A stretch of DNA of 63,999 nt, filler included, from Stramenopiles sp. TOSAG23-2 (taxonomy: Eukaryota): NCBI GenBank assembly GCA_900128395.1. It is 6 parts of 6 records of this genome, joined end to end, with 100 filler letters (N's around TTAATTAATTAA, not from the genome) between each part and the next. Parts side by side here need not be neighbours in the genome. Positions count along the whole stretch, not along the records: positions 53,905 to 63,999 come from LT650046.1; 5 more parts are not named here. One strand, written 5' to 3'. Of this stretch, positions 56,391-63,999 are shown in pieces. Under the pieces are notes generated by a model. That model searched no databases, was not told where the DNA came from, and saw only the letters and a list, made by a program, of their open reading frames with translations. A program made the translations under genes and the position numbers. Every line of letters begins with the position of its first letter. Position 1 is the stretch's first letter.

Positions 56391-58820
56391 ATGGCACAAA
56401 AATATCAAGTGAACTTGCCCCTTGGTGGGACAAAAGAGGAGAAAGAATATGAAGGTGGATATTTAACAGTAAGAGAGGCTGCTTTTATTACACGTTCAGT
56501 GCGACTTGAAATAGAAAAAGCGGGAAAATTACCAGATGCACCTTGCGATGACCTAGTCGAAGCTGGTATATTATTAGCAGATATATCTGGTTTTACTGCC
56601 CTCGGAGAAAAACTAAGAGAAATGCACGGAGATGCAAAAGGCGCTGAAGAATTCGCGTTACAAATGTCAGAGGCTATCAGTGCATTAGTAAATATCGTTC
56701 ATAAATATGAAGGTGAGGTTGTTAAAATAGCTGGTGATTGTCTAATTTGTATATTTGTACAAGAAGCGCAAGATGAAGACGACGAGGAAGAGTTTTTTCA
56801 ACGTGCAAAATTATGTGCTCGTGACTGTCTAACGGCAATCAAGGAAACAAACGAGAATCTTGATTTACATGGTGGTCTTGACCGTGGTAATATCCAACGA
56901 ATGCATTTAAAAGAATTAAAAGGATCTTCTCCAAGATCAAATAGTGCGCGAAGTAGATTAAAAGAGCAACAAGCAACAATGATGAATAAAAGCGAATTGG
57001 AAGCATCAAGGCAGCGTTGGTTTTTAATTGCAGGGAGACCTATTAAAGTTGCTGGTTCGTTACTAGATAAAGCGCCTGCTGGAAGTATCAACGTGTATGG
57101 AGGACAAACAATTACCCGGGATACTAGTGAACAAGATTTAACCACCACAGACGTTAATATGGAAACTGAAATAAACCGTAGGAAAAGCAGTGTTGATGTT
57201 GTTGCTGCTGAACTCTCTCTATGCCCAGAAATAGCGGATTCTTACTTACCACCAATTGTTCGTGAGAAAAAGAGAAATGGCGTCGATTTAGGTAAATTTG
57301 TTAGTGAACATAGGCGCGTTGTTGTCGCATTTGTTGCTATACCGGGGTTGGCAAAAGCAGCTAGCAAGCCAAAAGGTGTGAATGTATCACACTTGAACGA
57401 TGTATACTCTGCATTGAAGTCTGTCTTAGCAAAATTCGAAGGGCAAATGAGAGATTTTCTCTTTGAAGACAAAGGGTGTACGATGATTTGTTGTTGGGGT
57501 ATTACTCAAATAACAGAGTTTGATGCTTTAAAAGCTGTTTTATTTACCCTTGATGCAATTTCTGCTTGTGAAGCTTTGTCAGAGCCATGCAAAATTGGTA
57601 TTAGCATGGGACAATGCTTTACTGGAATTTGTGGCCATAAAACAAGATGCGATTTTGTTGTAATGGGTGCTGAAATTAATATGGCTGCTCGTCTAATGGG
57701 TAAAGCTCCAACTGGAACCGCATTGGCATCCGAACGTGTGTACAATGCAACAAGCAATTATATTGGTTTCGACATGACGGAACCAGTTGAAGTAAAAGGT
57801 AAAGATGGTAATTTTCGTGCTTTGAGACCATTTGGTAAAAAAGCAGGTGCGGTACGTCATAAAGCCCAAGAAGGCTTGAAATCTGCGGTATTTGTTGGTC
57901 GTGCTAAAGAAATGAAAGTGTTGAAAGAAAATTTAAGCAAAATGCGTGAAGATGGCAAAGGCAGTGCCGTTATTTTGGAAGGTTTAGCTGGCATGGGTAA
58001 AAGTGCTATTGTTTGGCAGCTTCAAAGAGATGCACTTGATGTTGGTGTACGATTTTTGATGGGCACTGGTAGTGCAATTGAAAAACAAACTCCATTTTAT
58101 GCATTTGGTCAAATTTTATGTGCAGCTGCACAATTATCTTCCTCGCCTTCATATGGTGAGGTATTAGCATTGAAGCATAACTTTGATTTGGAAGATGAAG
58201 ATATTGATGCGATGGGTATTATTCTACCGTCAATGGCAAAGACAAAAGAACAAAAGAATTCTCATCTTGAAGCGCGTGCTGCGCAAGTGTGTTTGAAAAT
58301 CTTTTCTTCAATGAAAAATGCTATTTTTGTTTTTGAAGATGCACATTGGATCGATTCGCAGTCATGGGTTATGCTACAAATGGTATTACCAAAGTTAGCA
58401 TCACAAAGCATGGTTATGATTGTAACACGGCCACCAAATATGGAATCACAAGAGCGTGGAGGTGGTACCGAAGGTTTTGACGCTAGTGAAGAAAAAATGG
58501 CAGAGGAATTTTTAGAAGATGATGATCGTATCAAATTTACCAGAATTCTATCCGCACTAAAAGAACAGGAGGATATCAAACTTTTATCGTTATCTGGTAT
58601 GTCAAAGGACGCCATGAAGGAGTTAATTGCAAAAACATTGGATGTGCCGTTGAACAACATCACAGATGAATTTGTTGATACAATTGACCAAAAAGCGGGT
58701 GGCGTTCCAATGTATTTAACCTCAATCACGGCTTGGTTATCCGAAAAAGGAATGGTGACGAAAGATGAAAATGACAATATATCTTTTAAAGCTCTACAAG
58801 TAGACCAAAGCAAAAGTTAG
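56391..58820 (+). CDS. ADCY10/soluble adenylate cyclase-like protein: two class III cyclase domains plus STAND P-loop NTPase, C-terminally incomplete
   Basis: ADISGFT, KIAGDC (metal Asp), FEDKG, GAEINMAARLM (N/R), FVGRAKE, Walker A GLAGMGKS, Walker B FVFEDAHW, GGVP motif. Confidence 0.93.
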   Translation: MAQKYQVNLPLGGTKEEKEYEGGYLTVREAAFITRSVRLEIEKAGKLPDAPCDDLVEAGILLADISGFTALGEKLREMHGDAKGAEEFALQMSEAISALVNIVHKYEGEVVKIAGDCLICIFVQEAQDEDDEEEFFQRAKLCARDCLTAIKETNENLDLHGGLDRGNIQRMHLKELKGSSPRSNSARSRLKEQQATMMNKSELEASRQRWFLIAGRPIKVAGSLLDKAPAGSINVYGGQTITRDTSEQDLTTTDVNMETEINRRKSSVDVVAAELSLCPEIADSYLPPIVREKKRNGVDLGKFVSEHRRVVVAFVAIPGLAKAASKPKGVNVSHLNDVYSALKSVLAKFEGQMRDFLFEDKGCTMICCWGITQITEFDALKAVLFTLDAISACEALSEPCKIGISMGQCFTGICGHKTRCDFVVMGAEINMAARLMGKAPTGTALASERVYNATSNYIGFDMTEPVEVKGKDGNFRALRPFGKKAGAVRHKAQEGLKSAVFVGRAKEMKVLKENLSKMREDGKGSAVILEGLAGMGKSAIVWQLQRDALDVGVRFLMGTGSAIEKQTPFYAFGQILCAAAQLSSSPSYGEVLALKHNFDLEDEDIDAMGIILPSMAKTKEQKNSHLEARAAQVCLKIFSSMKNAIFVFEDAHWIDSQSWVMLQMVLPKLASQSMVMIVTRPPNMESQERGGGTEGFDASEEKMAEEFLEDDDRIKFTRILSALKEQEDIKLLSLSGMSKDAMKELIAKTLDVPLNNITDEFVDTIDQKAGGVPMYLTSITAWLSEKGMVTKDENDNISFKALQVDQSKS

Positions 58821-58834
58821 AAGAGGCAAAAAAA

Positions 58835-59512
58835 ATGGATACTACAGCAATTACTGTTGATTCTATGTTGACAAAATGGAAGAAAGGCGTTGTAGGAAAA
58901 GACCTTGGTCTAGGTGCTACCATGAAAATGAATTTTGATGGCGCTGGAGTTATCTTTATCGATGGTGCTTCAACACCAAACGCAGTCACGGGCGAGGATA
59001 AAGATGCAGATTGTACAATAATAATTTCGTTGGCAAACTTTATTTTACTTGCACAAAAAAAGTTAAATGCTATGGAAGCCATGGGAGATGGTCGTTTAAA
59101 AATTGAAGGTAATATGGGACTTGCTATGAAATTGGCTCCTGTATTAAAAATGTTAAACGATGTGCCAGAAGAAGAAAATGTATCAAATCAAGGATATACC
59201 AAGTTTGTTGCAAAAGCAAAAGAAAAATTACAAGGAAAAGATCTTGGATTTCCCAAAAAATTGAAAATGGAATTTGAGGGTGTTGGTGTGGTAATATTTG
59301 ATGGCACTGCTGGTGCGATGAATGTTACAACGGACGATGCTGCTGTCGATGCAACCGTCACAATGACAATGGAAACATTTGGCAAATTAGTTACGAAAGA
59401 ATTAGATTTCATGGCTGGAATGGGACAAGGATTGATAAAAGTTGATGGTGATATGTCAGTTTTAATGGGTATGGGTGCGATAATGAAAAAGATGGGAGAG
59501 GGAGAGGATTAA
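58835..59512 (+). CDS. Tandem double SCP2 sterol/lipid-binding domain protein; frame open from 58790, possibly the C-terminus of the upstream cyclase
   Basis: ADCTIII..KLNAMEAMGDGRLKIEGNMGLAMKL and VDATVTM..ELDFMAGMGQGLIKVDGDMSVLM match the SCP2 consensus. Confidence 0.9.
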   Translation: MDTTAITVDSMLTKWKKGVVGKDLGLGATMKMNFDGAGVIFIDGASTPNAVTGEDKDADCTIIISLANFILLAQKKLNAMEAMGDGRLKIEGNMGLAMKLAPVLKMLNDVPEEENVSNQGYTKFVAKAKEKLQGKDLGFPKKLKMEFEGVGVVIFDGTAGAMNVTTDDAAVDATVTMTMETFGKLVTKELDFMAGMGQGLIKVDGDMSVLMGMGAIMKKMGEGED

Positions 59513-59588
59513 AAGTATAATATTATAAAATATTCTTGTATATTGTATAGCATTATATTTAAAGAAAACTTCTTTCCAACACACGTTT

Positions 59589-60215
59589 TTAATACTTCAC
59601 CATCTCGAAAAATTTCACAATAATTATCACATTCGCTACGTAATACAAGACTTTTGCAACAATTCGACATATCAAAAGTAATTTTCCCATCGTACCAGAA
59701 AATCTACCTTGTATAATTGCAAAAAATGCTTCTAAAAATAAACAAACAGTTGCAAATATAAAACCTCGTTGTTTCATATATTCATCCGGTTCCGTTCGTT
59801 CTAAATCAACACTACCATGTAATCTTGCAATTAAAAACAATAATAATAACATTGGTATCGTAGAAGCAATAGGTGCAAGACGATCAAAGATATTATTATT
59901 TTTTCGGTTTAATTTTTCTTTTTCTTCTTTCATTGCTAATGAATCCTCTTCATCATCATCTGATGTTGGACCATTAATACTAAGCCGTTCATCTGGTACA
60001 TCTTTAAAACTAGTTGAATCTTTTTGTACATCATTATCTTCATCAAAAAAACAAAATTTATATATCACACCACCCATATCAATTGAATAAAATAATACAA
60101 TCAATGCTACTGAACATTGCATTGCCGTGCTCATAGGAGGTGCATCCCCTGGACTATACATTTGTCGAAAAGGATATCCTTTGTTTTTTGGAAAATCTGG
60201 TAAATCATCTGCCAT
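59589..60215 (-). CDS. Uncharacterised four-TM membrane protein
   Basis: Likely ATG at 60215 (MADDLP); four hydrophobic segments. Confidence 0.75.
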   Translation of the reverse strand: MADDLPDFPKNKGYPFRQMYSPGDAPPMSTAMQCSVALIVLFYSIDMGGVIYKFCFFDEDNDVQKDSTSFKDVPDERLSINGPTSDDDEEDSLAMKEEKEKLNRKNNNIFDRLAPIASTIPMLLLLFLIARLHGSVDLERTEPDEYMKQRGFIFATVCLFLEAFFAIIQGRFSGTMGKLLLICRIVAKVLYYVANVIIIVKFFEMVKY

Positions 60216-60740
60216 TGTATTATTAATCAAAGTATAAACATACAAAAAAGGTATTATAAAAGTAACGGTTTGTATTTCTCAGCTTATATATATATATATA
60301 TCCATTAATATATCACAATGTATAGATTATACACAAAAAAAAGATATATATTGTCCATGATATTCATTAAAATAATTGGGAGCAAAAGATATGGCACAAA
60401 TGTGCGAAATGTGCTCAACAAACCAAAAAAAACAAACACAAAAACGGATTTCGTAAAGTACATTTAGCATATAAATAGTATTGTAACTATGATTATTTGT
60501 ATAGTAATAGTTCGATTATATTCCTATTAATCGATATAGCATGGATATAGTATTAATGTGGCGGCAACTCATTTGAAATTTTGTTGTTGATTGAAAATCT
60601 CTTCTTTTCCGTCTCAACAACACAAACAAATTCAAATATATATAGATATAGTTATATGTTTCATGTTATATTTACTGCAAGCTAAAAGAAACAACAAATA
60701 TATATAAATATATCAATATATAAGAACATAAGAAAACACA

Positions 60741-61325
60741 ATGTCATCGTTTTGTTGGGGTACCAATGGCCGCGAGTTGCTGAAAGAATTGCAACGTAGT
60801 GAATTTTTGCCACCGTATAATACGGAGGGAGTTAGGAAAACATTAGCGGAAATGTCTGAAATTATCGACGATATGTTAAAAACAACACAAACGGAAGGGT
60901 TTGATAATAACGATCCAGAAATGTATTCCAGTGTCATAGTTAGTCATAGTGGTTACAATCGTAACAAACGTTGCTTGTTGGCATACATGCGTCATCGTAT
61001 GAAGAAAATTGAAGAGATGCGTATGGAAGTTGGACGTATTATTCCACAAAATATTAAATTACAACTTAGTGTCGAGGAACAAAATTATTTTAGAAACTTT
61101 AGTAATTTAACAGAAAAATATATGAAAGATATAGGATTTGATTTAACAACCAACATAAAACCACCGAAGGAACCATTTGTTGAAGTACGCGTATTGGAAT
61201 CGTGTGGTGAAATATTTACAGAAGATGGAACCAGTGTAAATTTAGAAGAGAATACTACACATTATTTACGTAGGAGTGATGTGGAACAATTAGTCAGGCA
61301 AGGATATCTTGAAGAATGTATGTAA
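60741..61325 (+). CDS. GINS1: GINS complex subunit 1 (Psf1)
   Basis: LPPYN, RNKRCLLAY..R, DLT..KPPK..VEVRVLESCGEI..HYLRRSDVEQLVRQGYL. Confidence 0.96.
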   Translation: MSSFCWGTNGRELLKELQRSEFLPPYNTEGVRKTLAEMSEIIDDMLKTTQTEGFDNNDPEMYSSVIVSHSGYNRNKRCLLAYMRHRMKKIEEMRMEVGRIIPQNIKLQLSVEEQNYFRNFSNLTEKYMKDIGFDLTTNIKPPKEPFVEVRVLESCGEIFTEDGTSVNLEENTTHYLRRSDVEQLVRQGYLEECM

Positions 61326-61604
61326 AAATAGGATAATAGTGGTATTATTCATATTGCGCCGGGGGGAAAGTGTGTGTGTGGTGTGTACCGTGTTGTTAAA
61401 AATACGATTTCGTGATTTCGTAATATATTATATATGCAGCAGTGTCAATAAATAATTTCTTCTGTATGTACATATGATGTGTTACAAAAGATACCATATG
61501 TAATATATAATACAACATCTCCTCTTCTAAAATACCTGAAATGGATGATTTGTGTGATTATTATTTTTTACATTTTTATCTCTTTTAAAATATTTGAATA
61601 CTTT

Positions 61605-63299
61605 TCATTTCTTTCTATGCGTACCACTTCCACCACCAATCATTCTTAATTTACCTTCTAATTCATTAATTTCATCTTCTTTCTTTTTATATGCAATGGA
61701 TGATTCAACATGTAAGCCTTTAATACTACGTTGTCGTAAAACTACATCTTTATGATTAGATGTTCGCATTGATAATGTTTCAATCATACTTTGTAATTTT
61801 CGTATTTCACCATCACTACTACCACTATATTTTGCTTCTGTCAATGTATTTGTTAATCGTTGTAATTTTGATTCCATATTTTTTAATTTTGCTTCATTTT
61901 GTAAAATTAATTTATTAGCTGCTATGTTTGAGCTTTTCCCGGTAGAACCTTTTTCACCACGATCAGCCATTGCTTTTAATTCTCGTTTACATTGTTTTAA
62001 CTGCATTTCAATAATAGCACGTTCTTTATTTACATCAATTGTTTTATTTACAACACCACTATTTGCAACACCAGTCATACGTTGTCCAAATCGTAACGTA
62101 CAATCTGATTCATCTTCATGTTCAGCTTCTGGGGAAACATTTACAATTACAGAGGTAACACATTTACCACCAAGGGATGATCTTAAAAGCATTGTTAAAG
62201 TTGAATCACGAAATGGAACATGTCCATTTTTTCGAACCAATCCATTAATACAACGCCCTAAGGTTGTTAATGAATTATTAATTTGTGCAGCTTCTAATTT
62301 TTTTTGACCTGATACACCACTTTTTGATATTCGTTCCGAACCCGCTAAATCAACAAATAATAATGATACTTTTTTTCCATTACTCATCCAAGATACACGT
62401 ACAAGGCAATGCGATCTACTTGAACGTTCATTTAATAAATGTCCTTTTGCCGCACGTGTCTGTTCAATCGTTCGTGCTAATCTTGCAACATCTTTTGCAC
62501 TTTTTAATGCAATTAATTTTTCACCAACAGTTTTAAATTCATCATGTCTTGAAGAATTGTCTCCATTATTATTATTATTATTACTACTACGGCGACGTGA
62601 GGAAGAAGAAGGTTTACGTCTTGCATCTTCAATTTTTTTTTGTCGTGCTAATTTTTTTAATTTTTTTTGTTCTTCAATATATTTAAAACAATGACGGCAT
62701 GTGCAACCAGATGGATGATTACCACTCATAGCAGAACGCATGGAAATATCCGACCCTCCTTCATCCATCACAGCACCACGTGGTACAACATTGAAATTTG
62801 CTTTTTTACTACTACCAATTCGTAAAACTTGACGTGAATTGTTTAAATCATATGCAACATTTTGATACACTTCAATAGCAGATGCATGCAATACGGTTGT
62901 ATTGGAATTCAAAATATGCAAAACAAAACGTGGAAAAATACCCCATTCGATTGGAATACCACCATATGCGCCATCAACACTAGATTCCGTTAAACATCCA
63001 GTTGGTCCAAACATTGTATATGTTTTTCCACTTCCAGTTTGGCCATATGCAATTAAGGTACAACTATATCCTTGTTCAGTTTGTCTTAAAAGATGTTGTG
63101 CCAATGTATTAAAAGCACCAACTTGATCACTACCAGTTACAACAGCAGCTGGATATGTAAATGTTTTATCTCGCACGGATATATTCCCTTTGCTATCACA
63201 GATAGTTGCTAAATTATTTGTTCTTTCTTTGAATAATGGTGGCCGTAAACGTACAGATACACGTATCGTCGAAGAAGATCGACTAGACCTGCTTTTCAT
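61605..63299 (-). CDS. Kinesin motor protein with short coiled-coil tail
   Basis: IRVSVRLRP, AYGQTGSGKTYTM, NERSSRSH, VDLAGSER, INNSL, HVPFRDSTLT; first ATG at 63299. Confidence 0.95.
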   Translation of the reverse strand: MKSRSSRSSSTIRVSVRLRPPLFKERTNNLATICDSKGNISVRDKTFTYPAAVVTGSDQVGAFNTLAQHLLRQTEQGYSCTLIAYGQTGSGKTYTMFGPTGCLTESSVDGAYGGIPIEWGIFPRFVLHILNSNTTVLHASAIEVYQNVAYDLNNSRQVLRIGSSKKANFNVVPRGAVMDEGGSDISMRSAMSGNHPSGCTCRHCFKYIEEQKKLKKLARQKKIEDARRKPSSSSRRRSSNNNNNNGDNSSRHDEFKTVGEKLIALKSAKDVARLARTIEQTRAAKGHLLNERSSRSHCLVRVSWMSNGKKVSLLFVDLAGSERISKSGVSGQKKLEAAQINNSLTTLGRCINGLVRKNGHVPFRDSTLTMLLRSSLGGKCVTSVIVNVSPEAEHEDESDCTLRFGQRMTGVANSGVVNKTIDVNKERAIIEMQLKQCKRELKAMADRGEKGSTGKSSNIAANKLILQNEAKLKNMESKLQRLTNTLTEAKYSGSSDGEIRKLQSMIETLSMRTSNHKDVVLRQRSIKGLHVESSIAYKKKEDEINELEGKLRMIGGGSGTHRKK

Positions 63300-63620
63300 T
63301 ATTATTATTATTAGTAGTAGTATTGGACTGAGCAAGAAAAATGAGTAACAATTAATTTATATGATAAAAAAAAATCACATAAAATAAATAATACCAAGCT
63401 CTACAAATATATTCAAAAATGAAACACAAATGTTGGTAAATATAGTCGTCTATTGTATTGAACGACAATATTCATACAGTTGGTCATCAAATTTCTATAC
63501 AGTATATATCTATATGTATGGAGTATATAATTGTGTTTGTCACTTCTTTTTAATATAATAATTTAACGCTCGAGAAGCCGAAGAAATCCGAATAATGGAG
63601 GATTCTTCTGGTAATAATTA

Positions 63621-63782
63621 TCCCTTTCAAGTACAAAATTTAGTGGTCATTTGATAGGAATCATGTTTCATTTTTTGATTTTGTAGGTTGAATTAATGAA
63701 TTTAGGAATTTGATGAGTAAGTATTTGTTTAATATTCTAATTTCCCCTTTCAAGTACAAATTATGTGCCATTTGATAGAATA
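63621..63782. repeat. Diverged copies of the 48489-48633 repeat
   Basis: CCTTTCAAGTACAAA..GT[GC]..CATTTGATAG twice. Confidence 0.75.
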
Positions 63783-63999
63783 AGATCAAATTGAATCTTT
63801 ATCATTTTTTTTAAATTTATCGATCCCGTGTACTACTATACTGTACTTTATACGTGCATTCCCAGCATTCCTTTCCTAAGGCATTCTAATTCCTCCTTAC
63901 CAGGTATCCTCCTATAATAAATAAATCAAAAAAAGAATTCTTTTTGTATCCTCTAAGCGTGAAATAGACTTATATAAGTCTATTAAGGTGATAAAATGA

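Noticed and set aside
58800-58820. 21-nt GT..AG micro-intron removing the cyclase stop
   Set aside because: Keeps the cyclase frame, which stops again about 16 codons later and never enters the SCP2 frame; other introns here are 159-193 nt
58780-58835. Programmed -1 ribosomal frameshift joining cyclase and SCP2
   Set aside because: TTTAAAG is not in the X XXY YYZ register of the cyclase frame (a -1 slip there lands on TAA) and no downstream structure is evident; an indel, deletion or splice is more plausible
32755-63299. Cell-cycle gene cluster (MAD1, GINS1, kinesin)
   Set aside because: MAD1 is on a different concatenated contig; adjacency of GINS1 and the kinesin alone is not evidence of a cluster

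Overview
This is AT-rich eukaryotic nuclear DNA using the standard genetic code. Most genes are intronless, with two GT-AG introns supported by the sequence. The gene repertoire suggests a protist, probably a stramenopile (inference only). The window is not one locus: six unrelated contigs of about 10.7 kb, in decreasing size order, are joined by artificial N44-TTAATTAATTAA-N44 linkers, so gene neighbourhood is only meaningful within a contig. Recognisable genes: TM-LRR-LNR receptor-like protein, secreted coiled-coil protein, R2R3-MYB, LamG-UBA-SPRY-HECT E3 ligase, 7xPDZ/ARM scaffold, peroxisome-targeted beta-lactamase-fold hydrolase, MAD1, RNase P Rpp21, PLPBP, PHD/ARID chromatin protein, ionotropic glutamate receptor-like channel, ADCY10-like cyclase-STAND, tandem SCP2, GINS1 and a kinesin. 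Intergenic DNA carries several inverted-repeat (MITE/foldback-like) elements, tandem repeats and a modular repeat family found between convergent genes. The best candidate for an undescribed system is the nucleotidyl cyclase-STAND ORF. It stops where its sensor domain should begin and is overlapped in the -1 frame by a double SCP2 lipid-binding ORF, suggesting a lipid/sterol-sensing cyclase, possibly with non-canonical nucleotide specificity. All calls are from reading motifs by eye; no database searches were run.
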